DNA from: Minisyncoccota bacterium
GTDB lineage: Bacteria; Patescibacteriota; Minisyncoccia; Phycocordibacterales; Phycocordibacteraceae
Length of the DNA stretch: 43,463 nucleotides
Direction: 5' to 3'
NCBI GenBank assembly: GCA_023653145.1
Contig: JAMNXM010000001.1
Location: 1 to 43,463 of the forward strand
This document shows positions 1-9,093 of this stretch, piece by piece. The position numbers and the translations under genes were made by a program. The notes under the pieces were generated by a model. That model ran no database searches. It was not told where the DNA came from and saw nothing but the letters and a program-made list of their open reading frames with translations. Every line of letters starts with the position of its first letter. Position 1 is the first letter of the stretch.

Positions 1-614
1 CCGACATTTTAATGGTCGCAATTCACAAGCAGACCTTGACGCGCCTCGAGACCATCGCCAAGGGTGCGGGTATTACCCCAAAGTTCTTTGAGATCGAGCC
101 GTTCTCGTTCTCTCGTGCGTCGTACGAGCATGGCACGGCGCCGACCATGATGATAGACCTCGGCGCATCAGCAACACGCGTCTATATTATAGAGTTTGGC
201 GTCGTGTCGGTGTCGCACACCATTAACCGCGGCGGTCAGGACGTGACGCTTGCCTTAGCCAAGTCAAAGAGTATTCCGTTTAACGAGGCAGAGGCGCTCA
301 AGCGTACGCAAGGCATCTCGGCAGAGGAGAGCGGACGCAATGCACTCGAGTTCGTGTTTTCAGAAGCGCGTCGCATCCTCATGACGTATCAGCGTAAAGT
401 CGGCAAAGCAGTGTCTCGTGTCGTCCTCGTAGGTGGTGGTGCACAAATGAAGGGCGTCACTGACATCGCGCACACGTACTTTGATGCTCCGCTCGTTATT
501 GGTGCACCGTTCGAGCGTATTCAAGCACCTGCGTTTATTGCTGACGTGTTGGCGAAGGCAGGTCCCACCTTTGCATCTGCGGTTGGGCTCGCACTGCGCG
601 CACTTGAGCGCTAA
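1..614 (+). CDS. pilM: Type IV pilus assembly protein PilM, C-terminal ~200 aa (5' end lies outside the window)
   Basis: The frame is open from the window edge. The sequence fits an actin-like ATPase fold (MMIDLGASATRVYII, INRGGQDVT, VVLVGGGAQMKG). It sits directly upstream of pilN/O-like genes and pilB. Confidence 0.8.
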   Translation, partial: DILMVAIHKQTLTRLETIAKGAGITPKFFEIEPFSFSRASYEHGTAPTMMIDLGASATRVYIIEFGVVSVSHTINRGGQDVTLALAKSKSIPFNEAEALKRTQGISAEESGRNALEFVFSEARRILMTYQRKVGKAVSRVVLVGGGAQMKGVTDIAHTYFDAPLVIGAPFERIQAPAFIADVLAKAGPTFASAVGLALRALER

Positions 615-662
615 TTTGTGCACAGACAGACGCGTGCGCGCTAAAGTGCTGATACGTTTCAG

Positions 663-671
663 TGGTACACT
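663..671 (+). promoter_or_regulatory. Extended -10 box TGGTACACT, 6 nt upstream of ATG 678 (leaderless-type promoter)
   Basis: The TGnTAnnnT motif is read directly from the sequence. The same geometry recurs at about 18 other gene starts in this window. Confidence 0.5.
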
Positions 672-677
672 TTTTGT

Positions 678-1304
678 ATGCCAGATAGGGTGACCACCTC
701 TTTCATTCCAAAAGAGTCACTAATGAGTGACCGCTCGCCGCGGTCTCCGCGACGTAACCCGCTTGTATTTCTTAACATCATCGCCATCGGCATCATTGTG
801 GTTGCAGTACTCGGTGCCGCCGGAGTCTTTTTACTAAAGACCTATACCGAGCAGAGCATCGCGTCTAAGAAAGAGTCACTCGATCGCCAGCGCTCAGCGT
901 TTGAGCCCGCAACGATCGAGGAACTCCTACGACTCGATAAACGCATCAATGCGTCGCACGGGTTGTTGAAGTCGCACACCGCAGTGTCGCTCATGTTTGC
1001 AGACCTCGAGGCACGCACGGTTGAAAACGTGCGTTTCCGCGACTTTAAGTATGAGGCGGCAGGGCAGGGACGTTTTGTGCTCTCCATGAGTGGTGAGGCA
1101 CGAAGCTTTAACTCGGTGGCTATACAGTCCGACTCGTTTGGCAAGTCGACCATTCTTAAAGACCCGATATTTGCTAACCTCAACCTCGACCAAAACGGCG
1201 ACGTCATCTTTGACTTCAGTGCGGTTGTTGATCCGGTACGCATCAGTTATGCTGCTGCGGTTCTCGATGCAGTTACTCCTAGTAACGAGGAGCCACTTCC
1301 ATGA
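678..1304 (+). CDS. PilN-like bitopic membrane protein (pilus alignment subcomplex)
   Basis: It has a short basic N-terminus and a single TM helix (LVFLNIIAIGIIVVAVLGAAGVFLL) followed by a soluble domain. It lies between pilM and a pilO-like gene, and its stop overlaps the next start (ATGA at 1301-1304). Confidence 0.6.
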   Translation: MPDRVTTSFIPKESLMSDRSPRSPRRNPLVFLNIIAIGIIVVAVLGAAGVFLLKTYTEQSIASKKESLDRQRSAFEPATIEELLRLDKRINASHGLLKSHTAVSLMFADLEARTVENVRFRDFKYEAAGQGRFVLSMSGEARSFNSVAIQSDSFGKSTILKDPIFANLNLDQNGDVIFDFSAVVDPVRISYAAAVLDAVTPSNEEPLP

Positions 1305-1858
1305 AAGGCATTCTTCCAGTCCTAGCGGTAGTGATAGCGGGGGTACTGTTTTACCTCTACATCGACCCGACGTACGAACAAGTTAAACTCCTTCGTGCTG
1401 AAGAGGCAACACTCAACACTGCACTCACGCGCGCACTTGAACTCCAACAAACACGCGACCAACTCTTGTCGCGGTACAACACCTTTTCTCCTGAAGACTT
1501 GTCGCGGCTCGAAAAGATGTTGCCTGACCACGTCGACAATGTCCGCCTTGCCTTAGACATGGACAGTATGGCGTCAGCCTACGGCATGCGCGTCAAGAAT
1601 CTTTCAATCCAAAAGCCCGAGGAAGACAACAAAAAGAAGCCGCGCCAAGTACAAACCGTCGGGCCCGACGAGCGTCTCTACGAGTCGATGGTGTTGTCGT
1701 TCTCAGTCACCGGAGAGTACGACACATTCCAACAGTTTATTCGAGATCTTGAAAAGTCGCTTCGCCTTGTCGATATTGAAAGTGTCTCGTTTTCCTCTAC
1801 TGACGTCGACCTCTACGAGTTTACGGTCTCATTACGAACCTATTGGCTGAAACCATAA
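1301..1858 (+). CDS. PilO-like membrane protein (N-terminal TM helix plus coiled coil)
   Basis: It has an N-terminal TM helix (ILPVLAVVIAGVLFYLYI) followed by a coiled-coil segment (EQVKLLRAEEATLNTALTRALELQQTRDQLL). Its position in the pilMNO order fits the call. Confidence 0.6.
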   Translation: MKGILPVLAVVIAGVLFYLYIDPTYEQVKLLRAEEATLNTALTRALELQQTRDQLLSRYNTFSPEDLSRLEKMLPDHVDNVRLALDMDSMASAYGMRVKNLSIQKPEEDNKKKPRQVQTVGPDERLYESMVLSFSVTGEYDTFQQFIRDLEKSLRLVDIESVSFSSTDVDLYEFTVSLRTYWLKP

Positions 1859-2196
1859 TGGACTTCCTCAAACAATACCAAACAGCGATTTTGTTCCTTG
1901 CAATAGTGCTTGCGCTTTTTGGTGCGTATCAGTTTTTTATCGCGACACCAGACGTACCTGCACTTACCGTGACCGAGACTCCAGGTGGCGGCATCGATCA
2001 AGACTTGGTTGCACTTCTGTTTGAACTGAAGAGCATCAGACTCGACAATGCACTGTTTGATGACCCACTGTTCGACTCGCTCCAGGATTTTGGCCAAGAA
2101 CTTGTGTCTGAGCCTGTCGGTAGGAATAACCCATTTGCACCACTCCCTGGTTCTGAACCACTACCACCGAAACCCGTCTCACCAAGAGCCCCATAG
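1858..2196 (+). CDS. Small membrane-anchored protein with a Pro-rich tail; possible pilus accessory (PilP-position) protein
   Basis: ATG 1858 overlaps the upstream TAA by 1 nt (TAATG). It has one TM helix (AILFLAIVLALFGAYQFFI) and a C-terminal PLPGSEPLPPKPVSPRAP tail. I recognise no homology. Confidence 0.45.
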   Translation: MDFLKQYQTAILFLAIVLALFGAYQFFIATPDVPALTVTETPGGGIDQDLVALLFELKSIRLDNALFDDPLFDSLQDFGQELVSEPVGRNNPFAPLPGSEPLPPKPVSPRAP

Positions 2197-2199
2197 CCT

Positions 2200-3972
2200 A
2201 TGGACGTACTCTCCATACTTACTGAAAAGGGACTTATCCCTAAGGGCGCTTTGGCGACGATCAAAGAAGAGGTTGGCTCTGGCGCCAAGACTCTAGAAAA
2301 GGCGCTCCTCGACCGCGGACTTTCAGCAAGCGACATTCTTGAGGCGCGCGGCGAGTACTATGAAGTCCCTACGCGCATTATTGAAAACGGCTCAGTCGCA
2401 TTTGAAAACCTGAAGTTCATTCCCGAGGAGTCGGCACGCCACTACCGCGTCGTTCCTATCGGGATTGAGGACGGAGCACTTGAGGTTGGCACCACTGACC
2501 CAGACAATCTTGAGGCAGTCGACGCACTCAACTTTATATCGAATAAGGAAGGGATACCGTTTAAACTCTTTTTAATTTCCGACGAGGACTTTGAGAAGGT
2601 TATAAAAATGTACAAGGGTATCACCTCGGAGGTGGGGAAGGCCCTGAACGAACTCGAAACAACGATTGACCCAGGCGACGTCACCACCGAGGCAGCAGAG
2701 ACGACGACTGAACTTGAAGAAAAGTTGGCACAAGGAAGTGCGCTCAAAGAGGATGCGCCAGTGACAAAGATTGTTGCAACGGTATTGCGCTACGCAGTAG
2801 ACGGTAAGGCGTCAGACATCCACATCGAGCCTACCGACGGGGAAGTAAAGGTTCGGTTTCGTGTGGACGGCGTGCTTCACACATCGCTCAGGCTCCCCAA
2901 GAACGTCGAGCGAGCGGTTGCTGCGCGTATTAAGGTGCTGTCGTCTTTGAAACTCGACGAGCGACGTAAACCTCAAGACGGGCGCTTTTCTGCAACTATC
3001 GACAAGCGTCGTATCGACTTCCGTGTCTCTACGTTTCCTTCGTACCATGGCGAGAAGGTCGTGATGCGTATTTTGGATAAAAGTCACGAAGCACTCAAAC
3101 TGTCTGACCTAGGACTCACTGACTACAACATCGAGACTATACGCTCAGCGCTGAGGCGTCCGTACGGCATGATCGTTATTTCAGGTCCTACCGGGTCCGG
3201 TAAGTCGACCACGCTCTACGCCATGCTTCAAGAACTTGATCGCGAAGGCCTCAACGTCGTGTCTCTTGAAGACCCGGTCGAGTACGACGTGCAAGGGGTG
3301 TCGCAGTCGCAAGTACGACCAGAGATCGGCTACACCTTTGCGTCGGGTCTTCGCTCTATTCTCCGCCAAGACCCAGACATCATCATGGTGGGAGAGATCC
3401 GCGACAAAGAAACGGCGCAACTTGCAGTCCAAGCGGCGCTTACCGGTCACTTGGTGCTCACCACACTCCACACCAACAACGCCATTGGTATTGTGCCGCG
3501 CCTCGTCGACATGGGTGTCGACCCGTACCTTATTGCGCCGACACTCATCCTCTCTATCGCGCAACGCTTGGTACGCAAGCGCTGCCCAGACGCGGGCGCT
3601 CCAATGAAGGTTGAGGGTGCTATTAAGGCGATGATAGACCGCACCTTTGCCGATATGCCACCGCAGTTTGCGTCGCGCGTGCCGCACGCTGATGTGATTT
3701 ACGGTATTCAACCCTCAGCGACGTGTCCGTCAGGGACCCGAGGACGTGTGGGTGTGTTCGAATTCCTCCCAACGACAAAAGACCTTGAAAGCGCAATTTT
3801 GACACACCCGATTGAAGAAGAATTATTCAAGGTTGCTCGTCAGCAAGGCATGTTTAGGATGCGTGAGGATGCTATCATTAAGATGTTGCGCGGCGAGATT
3901 CCGTTTGAAGAGGTGAACACGCTTGGCGGCGCAAATGACGACGACATCATTGATACACCACCAACCCCATGA
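2200..3972 (+). CDS. pilB: Type IV pilus extension ATPase PilB (GspE family)
   Basis: It has a T2SSE N-terminal domain, a Walker A motif (SGPTGSGKSTT), the Asp box / Walker B (IIMVGEIRD) and a His box (TGHLVLTTLHTN). Confidence 0.92.
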   Translation: MDVLSILTEKGLIPKGALATIKEEVGSGAKTLEKALLDRGLSASDILEARGEYYEVPTRIIENGSVAFENLKFIPEESARHYRVVPIGIEDGALEVGTTDPDNLEAVDALNFISNKEGIPFKLFLISDEDFEKVIKMYKGITSEVGKALNELETTIDPGDVTTEAAETTTELEEKLAQGSALKEDAPVTKIVATVLRYAVDGKASDIHIEPTDGEVKVRFRVDGVLHTSLRLPKNVERAVAARIKVLSSLKLDERRKPQDGRFSATIDKRRIDFRVSTFPSYHGEKVVMRILDKSHEALKLSDLGLTDYNIETIRSALRRPYGMIVISGPTGSGKSTTLYAMLQELDREGLNVVSLEDPVEYDVQGVSQSQVRPEIGYTFASGLRSILRQDPDIIMVGEIRDKETAQLAVQAALTGHLVLTTLHTNNAIGIVPRLVDMGVDPYLIAPTLILSIAQRLVRKRCPDAGAPMKVEGAIKAMIDRTFADMPPQFASRVPHADVIYGIQPSATCPSGTRGRVGVFEFLPTTKDLESAILTHPIEEELFKVARQQGMFRMREDAIIKMLRGEIPFEEVNTLGGANDDDIIDTPPTP

Positions 3973-4361
3973 CCGAACTTAAACCAGTACAGTTAGTTTA
4001 TTTGATAGATGACGATACATTTCTTTTGGACATGTACGCGCTCAAGTTCAAAGAGTGCGGCTTGCCTGTAGAGGCGATCAACGACCCTGCACTTGCACTC
4101 GAGAAGATCCGCCAAGGTGCAAAGCCCGATATTATTTTGGTGGACGTGATCATGCCTGGCATGACGGGGTTTGACTTCCTCGAGGCGCTCCAGAAGGAAA
4201 ACTTGGTACCTGATGCGCGCCGCGTTGTGCTGTCTAACCAGGGTCAGCAAGAGGATATCGACACGGCAATGAAGTTTGGCGCAATGGGGTATATCATTAA
4301 AGCAAGCGCTATTCCGTCTGAGGTCTGCGACAAGGTTATTGCAATAACGAAAACTGCGTAA
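3969..4361 (+). CDS. Stand-alone response-regulator receiver domain (CheY/PilH-like)
   Basis: It has the acidic pocket LIDDD, a phospho-acceptor context (IILVDVIMPGMTGFD), a conserved Ser (VVLSNQG) and a conserved Lys (GYIIKA). There is no output domain. It overlaps pilB by ATGA. Confidence 0.85.
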   Translation: MTELKPVQLVYLIDDDTFLLDMYALKFKECGLPVEAINDPALALEKIRQGAKPDIILVDVIMPGMTGFDFLEALQKENLVPDARRVVLSNQGQQEDIDTAMKFGAMGYIIKASAIPSEVCDKVIAITKTA

Positions 4362-4362
4362 C

Positions 4363-5430
4363 ATGGCACTCGACTACGCACGCGAACTTGAAGAGCTCAT
4401 CCAAACAGTCATTGCGGAAGGCGGCTCGGATATTCACTTTTCCGTGAAGACGAAGCCGACACTCCGCGTGTCAGGCAACCTGATCCCGCTCGTCAAAAAG
4501 ACGATGTATACCGCAGAGGATACGCGAGGTATTTTGAATGAACTCGTTGGCAAAGAAAAACTTACTGAGTTTGATTCGGTACAAGAAATAGATTTTTCAT
4601 ACGCATACAAAGACAAGGCGCGCTTCCGTGGTAATGCCTTTTATCAGCAGGGTAGTATCTCGATCGCACTTCGTTTGATCCCTAAAGAGATCAAAACGTT
4701 GACTGAACTGAGTCTTCCACCCGTTCTCGAGACCTTTTGCCAGATGCAGCAAGGCTTCTTCCTGGTAGTGGGTCCCGTGGGGCAGGGCAAGTCGACCACG
4801 CTCGCCGCGATGATTGAAAAGATAAACCAAGACCGCACCGAGCACATTGTGACGATTGAAGACCCGATTGAGTACACATTCGAGAGCAAGAACTCGATCA
4901 TCAATCAGCGCGAGGTAAAAATAGACACGCACACCTTCCACGACGCACTCAAGTCCGCGTTTCGCCAAGATGTCGACGTCATTATGGTCGGCGAGATGCG
5001 TGGTCCCGAGACGATGTCTGCTGCGGTCACTGCGGCAGAGACGGGGCACTTGGTTTTTTCTACGCTCCACACCAACAATGCGGCGCAGACGATTGACCGT
5101 ATTATCGACACCTTCCCTGCAAATCAGCAGGACCAAATCCGCATTCAACTCGGTTCGTCTTTGGCCGGCATCTTTTCACAGCGCCTGGTGCCACGTGTTT
5201 CAGGTGGACTCATTCCGGCGTATGAACTGTTGATCAATACTGAGGCAGTGTCGAACCTCATCCGCGAAAAGCGCACACACGAGATTAATGCCATGATCGA
5301 GACTGGCTCTGAGTCAGGGATGATTGACATGAACCGCTCACTCGCAGACCTCGTGCGTCGTGGCGAGATTACTCCAGAGAACGCAATCGCACGCTCCCTT
5401 AACCCTAAGACGTTTATGCGTCTGATCTAA
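4363..5430 (+). CDS. pilT: Type IV pilus retraction ATPase PilT
   Basis: It has a Walker A motif (GPVGQGKSTT), a Walker B motif (VIMVGEMRG), a His box (TGHLVFSTLHTN) and a PilT-type length of 355 aa. Confidence 0.9.
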   Translation: MALDYARELEELIQTVIAEGGSDIHFSVKTKPTLRVSGNLIPLVKKTMYTAEDTRGILNELVGKEKLTEFDSVQEIDFSYAYKDKARFRGNAFYQQGSISIALRLIPKEIKTLTELSLPPVLETFCQMQQGFFLVVGPVGQGKSTTLAAMIEKINQDRTEHIVTIEDPIEYTFESKNSIINQREVKIDTHTFHDALKSAFRQDVDVIMVGEMRGPETMSAAVTAAETGHLVFSTLHTNNAAQTIDRIIDTFPANQQDQIRIQLGSSLAGIFSQRLVPRVSGGLIPAYELLINTEAVSNLIREKRTHEINAMIETGSESGMIDMNRSLADLVRRGEITPENAIARSLNPKTFMRLI

Positions 5431-5431
5431 C

Positions 5432-6643
5432 ATGCTCTTTGAGTACGAAGCACTTGACCAGTCAGGGCAGCGCCAAACCGGCTCGATAGAGGCTATTTCG
5501 CGCGACGTCGCTATTGCGTCTTTGCAGCGTCGTGGCTTGTCGATATCGAAAGTCGAAGAGGCACCAGAGGACGCGACGTCGGGTCTCAACATGAAGTTCA
5601 CTCTCTTTGAGAGTGTTTCAACGAGTGATGTGGTTTTGCTCTCTCGAGAAATCGCAACACTCTTTGAGGCGCAGGTGTCGGCGCTCCGCATCTTCCGTCT
5701 GCTTGCGGGAGAGTCTGAAAAGCCGATGTTGCGGAAGACTCTGACCGAGGTGGCTGACGACATTCAAGCAGGTGCGCCTATTTCTAAGGCAATGAGTAAG
5801 CACCCAAAGGTCTTCTCGGCCTTTTACACCAACATGGTGCGTGCGGGCGAGGAAGCAGGAAAACTCGATGAGACCTTTATTTACCTCGCAGATTACCTTG
5901 ATCGGTCCTATGAGGTCGTGTCTAAAGCCCGAAACGCACTTATCTACCCAGCCTTCGTGATCCTCACGTTTATGGTCGTGATGATCCTCATGATGACGTT
6001 CGTCATTCCAAACATTTCTCAGATTCTTCTTGATTCGGGGCAGGAGATACCTATTTATACGCAGGTCGTCATTGCAATCAGCAACTTTTTCGTAGACTAC
6101 GGCGTGTTCCTGCTCATTCTTCTTGTGGTGGGAGGATTTTTCCTCTGGCGCTACACACTTACCGCAGGGGGGAGGGGTGCCTTTGACCGATTCGTGTTGT
6201 CTATACCGTATGTTGGAGATTTGTTTAAGAAACTCTACCTCGCACGTATCGCAGACAACATGGCAACCATGCTTACCTCAGGCATCTCGGTGGTCCAGGC
6301 AACCGAGATAACTGCAAGTGTCGTGGGGAGTAGTGTGTACGAAGAAATACTCGGCGACGTGGCCGCAAGCGTTAAGGGCGGTGGTTCAGTTTCAACAGCG
6401 CTCAGTACGCACCCGGAGGTTCCGGGCATCATGACCGCCATGATCAAGGTGGGTGAGGAGACGGGAGAGCTTGGCTCGATACTCAAAACCTTGGCGCGGT
6501 TCTATAACCGTGAGGTTTCAAACGCTGTTGACACGCTCGTTGACCTCATCGAACCGTTCATGATCGTACTCCTCGGTCTTGGGGTTGGACTTCTCCTTGC
6601 TTCTATTTTGATCCCAATTTACAACGTCTCTTCGGCGATTTAA
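5432..6643 (+). CDS. pilC: Type IV pilus platform protein PilC (GspF family)
   Basis: It has two T2SSF repeats (LSREIATLFEAQVS..., ...MATMLTSGISVVQA...) and three TM segments, with a typical length of 403 aa. Confidence 0.9.
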   Translation: MLFEYEALDQSGQRQTGSIEAISRDVAIASLQRRGLSISKVEEAPEDATSGLNMKFTLFESVSTSDVVLLSREIATLFEAQVSALRIFRLLAGESEKPMLRKTLTEVADDIQAGAPISKAMSKHPKVFSAFYTNMVRAGEEAGKLDETFIYLADYLDRSYEVVSKARNALIYPAFVILTFMVVMILMMTFVIPNISQILLDSGQEIPIYTQVVIAISNFFVDYGVFLLILLVVGGFFLWRYTLTAGGRGAFDRFVLSIPYVGDLFKKLYLARIADNMATMLTSGISVVQATEITASVVGSSVYEEILGDVAASVKGGGSVSTALSTHPEVPGIMTAMIKVGEETGELGSILKTLARFYNREVSNAVDTLVDLIEPFMIVLLGLGVGLLLASILIPIYNVSSAI

Positions 6644-6754
6644 GGTTTTCCACATTGGGTAAACTGCTCCATACGACGGGGGATACAATGGTAGAGACCT
6701 TGAAATAGGTATTTATTAATTACTACGCAGTAATCTTTACTCAGTATTCATAGT

Positions 6755-7216
6755 ATGCAATTTATTTCTCTCGTGAAATTTGATTCAAAGCGCGGCTTCA
6801 CCCTGATCGAACTCTTGGTGGTGATCGCGATCATCGGTATCCTCTCGTCGATCGTGTTGGCTTCTCTCAACACGGCTCGTCAGAAGAGCCGCGACGCACG
6901 TCGTGTTGCTGACATCAAGCAGATCCAGCTTGCTATGCAGCTCTACTACGACGCATCGTCGACGTACCCAACAGCACTTTCGGAACTTGCGCCAACGTAC
7001 ATCGCTACCATCCCAACCGATCCAGTTGGACAGGCAGCGTATCCATACGACCGCTTGAACTCTGGTGCAAGCTACCACGTTGGTGCAAACCTCGAGGATA
7101 GCGCAAACCAGGCACTTCAGTCAGACCTCGACTCTGATACCACAAACGTGGACGGAGCAGACGCTGACGGTTGTAATGACGAAGCAAACCGCTACTGCTA
7201 CGACGTCGGTCCGTAA
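6755..7216 (+). CDS. Type IVa prepilin, paralog 1
   Basis: The leader ends in KRG|FTLIELLVVIAIIGILSSIVLASL (Gly-1, Phe+1, Glu+5). The C-terminal region contains a Cys pair (DGCNDEANRYCYDVGP). Confidence 0.88.
   Translation: MQFISLVKFDSKRGFTLIELLVVIAIIGILSSIVLASLNTARQKSRDARRVADIKQIQLAMQLYYDASSTYPTALSELAPTYIATIPTDPVGQAAYPYDRLNSGASYHVGANLEDSANQALQSDLDSDTTNVDGADADGCNDEANRYCYDVGP
6787..6954 (+). repeat. 168-nt near-identical 5' pilin segment (copy 1; partner at 7298-7465)
   Basis: A direct alignment at an offset of 511 nt shows 2 mismatches in 168 nt. Downstream of this block, identity falls sharply even at synonymous sites. Confidence 0.9.
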
Positions 7217-7232
7217 GTCTTGACTGCATTAT

Positions 7233-7266
7233 CCCCACCCTCTATACAAGGGTGGGGATTTTGTTT
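7233..7266 (+). terminator. Rho-independent terminator after pilin 1
   Basis: The stem is CCCCACCC / GGGTGGGG with a 9-nt loop, followed by ATTTTGTTTT. Confidence 0.75.
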
Positions 7267-7280
7267 TATAGTAAGTGCAT

Positions 7281-7745
7281 ATGTATACGCAAAAGCAAAA
7301 GCGCGGCTTCACCCTCATCGAACTCTTGGTGGTGATCGCGATCATCGGTATCCTCTCGTCGATCGTGTTGGCTTCTCTCAACACGGCTCGTCAGAAGAGC
7401 CGCGACGCACGTCGTATTGCTGACATCAAGCAGATCCAGCTTGCTATGCAGCTCTACTACGACGCGTCATCGACGTATCCAACAGCGCTTTCTAACTTGG
7501 CACCGCTCTACCTCCCGAAAGTTCCTACAGATCCGATAGGGCAGGCGGCATACCCGTATGACCAACTTGCCTCGGGCGCAAGTTATCACTTAGGTGCAAA
7601 CCTTGAGGATGGTAGTAACCAGGCATTGAACTCTGATCTTGATACCGCATCTGATACGGGGAACATAGACTCTGGCTCTGATACTGATGGTAACGGATGC
7701 CAAGCGTCAGTCGCGTCACGTTTTTGTTACGACGTTGGTCCATAA
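7281..7745 (+). CDS. Type IVa prepilin, paralog 2
   Basis: The leader is MYTQKQKRG|FTLIELLVVIAIIGIL.... A TATAGT box at 7267-7272 lies 8 nt upstream of ATG 7281. The ORF-track start at 7275 is a GTG. Confidence 0.88.
   Translation: MYTQKQKRGFTLIELLVVIAIIGILSSIVLASLNTARQKSRDARRIADIKQIQLAMQLYYDASSTYPTALSNLAPLYLPKVPTDPIGQAAYPYDQLASGASYHLGANLEDGSNQALNSDLDTASDTGNIDSGSDTDGNGCQASVASRFCYDVGP
7298..7465 (+). repeat. 168-nt near-identical 5' pilin segment (copy 2)
   Basis: See the partner feature at 6787-6954. Confidence 0.9.
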
Positions 7746-7761
7746 GTAGCACGCTACTAAT

Positions 7762-7790
7762 CCCCACACCGGAGTACCGGTGTGGGGATT
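7762..7790 (+). terminator. Hairpin after pilin 2 (probable terminator with a weak T tract)
   Basis: The stem is CCCCACACCGG / CCGGTGTGGGG with loop AGTA, followed by ATTGTGCTGT. Confidence 0.5.
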
Positions 7791-7809
7791 GTGCTGTACG
7801 CTGAAGTGT

Positions 7810-8262
7810 ATGAAACCGCTCAAACATCCCCGAGGATTCACACTCATTGAACTGATGGTCGTTATTGCGGTCATTGGACTCCTTTCATCAATTATTGTAG
7901 TGATACTCACATCTGCTCGCACCGATAGTAGAGACACTAAACGTGTTGCAGACCTTAAAGAAGTAACCACGGCACTTCAACTCTATTACGATACCTACAA
8001 CACGTACCCGAGCGCTCTCTCAGAGTTGGTGCCCACATACATTGTTATTGAGCCGACTGATCCCGTGGGGCAGGCACCATACTACTACGATCTGCTCAGT
8101 GGCGGGGCAGGGTATCACCTCGGTGCAAACCTTGAAGATCCGCAGCATCGGGCATTGAGTTCGGACAACGATACGGTGTCAGATACTATCAATGGATCAG
8201 ATGCGTCAGACTGCGGTGGTGGTTCAATAAGTGGTCGTCGTTGTTACGATATTGGCCCGTAG
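7810..8262 (+). CDS. Type IVa prepilin, paralog 3 (more divergent)
   Basis: The leader is MKPLKHPRG|FTLIELMVVIAVIGLL.... I chose ATG 7810 because the 7780 start would lie inside the upstream hairpin. The C-terminal Cys pair is conserved (DCGGGSISGRRCYDIGP). Confidence 0.85.
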   Translation: MKPLKHPRGFTLIELMVVIAVIGLLSSIIVVILTSARTDSRDTKRVADLKEVTTALQLYYDTYNTYPSALSELVPTYIVIEPTDPVGQAPYYYDLLSGGAGYHLGANLEDPQHRALSSDNDTVSDTINGSDASDCGGGSISGRRCYDIGP

Positions 8263-8265
8263 CGC

Positions 8266-9093
8266 ATGGATGCTCTGATTGTTGTCTTTTTGTGTATCCT
8301 CGGCGCCTGTGTCGGTAGTTTTTTGAATGTGCTGGTGCTCCGCTTCGGATTCCGCGAGCGGCCGAGTCCGCGCTCGAGGTGTGCATCATGTACCACTACA
8401 CTTAGCCCGCGCGACCTTATTCCGGTTGTGTCATACATCATGCTTCGTGCACGCTGCCGTACCTGCGGGAGTAGACTGAGTGCTCAGTACCCGATCGTAG
8501 AACTGCTCACTGCGGGAATATTTCTACTGACGTATGCAGTACTGCGTCCTGAAACTCCTTTTGACTACCTTTCGTTCGTTGCGTACCTCGGCTTTTGGTC
8601 CGCCCTTGTGGCACTCATTGCTTATGACGTGCGTCACACGCTTATCCCGCTTCCGTTTGTCTATGCACTGTGGGTGTTTGCCGTAGTTCACACAGCCGTG
8701 AGTGCGCTCGAGTTGCAAAGTACAGGACCTCTAGTCGATGCCGCTTTCGGTATGGTGTGTGTCGGCGGTTTTTTTGCGGCGCTCTCCATTTTGACGCGAG
8801 GGCGGGGAATGGGTATTGGGGATGCGTATGTCGGGGGAGCGATGGGACTCATGCTTGGAAGCGCTTCAGGGATCGTTGCTGCAATTCTTGCGGTCTGGAT
8901 TGGCGCTGTATGGGGACTTGTGCTCATCGTTGTTGCGCACAGTCTCAGAGTGTTTCACCGTACCTATGGGTTACGGCGCGTTACACTAAAGACGGAGATC
9001 CCGTTCGCGCCGTTTTTAGCGCTGGGTGCCGTGATTGCATTTGCAACTGGGCTCATGCCGCTCGATCTTGCGTTCTGGGTGTATCCGTTTTAA
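8266..9093 (+). CDS. pilD: Prepilin peptidase / N-methyltransferase PilD (A24 family)
   Basis: The N-terminus has a CxxC...CxxC motif (CASCTTT...CRTCGS). It is polytopic, with catalytic Asp contexts (IAYDVRHTLIP and GMGIGDAYVGG). Confidence 0.85.
   Translation: MDALIVVFLCILGACVGSFLNVLVLRFGFRERPSPRSRCASCTTTLSPRDLIPVVSYIMLRARCRTCGSRLSAQYPIVELLTAGIFLLTYAVLRPETPFDYLSFVAYLGFWSALVALIAYDVRHTLIPLPFVYALWVFAVVHTAVSALELQSTGPLVDAAFGMVCVGGFFAALSILTRGRGMGIGDAYVGGAMGLMLGSASGIVAAILAVWIGAVWGLVLIVVAHSLRVFHRTYGLRRVTLKTEIPFAPFLALGAVIAFATGLMPLDLAFWVYPF

Noticed and set aside
3181-3711. Long antisense or alternate-frame ORFs inside pilB, pilT, pilD, ligA, the giants and other genes (for example 3181-3711, 4597-5148, 8670-9119, 12121-12519, 20895-21359, 25427-25957, 31027-31491, 32008-32640, 35946-36323, 36693-37190, 39956-40447)
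   Set aside because: Each lies wholly within a gene that has clear protein-family motifs on the other frame or strand. The translations are Arg/Ser/Cys-rich or low in complexity, and none has the -10/start geometry seen at real gene starts.
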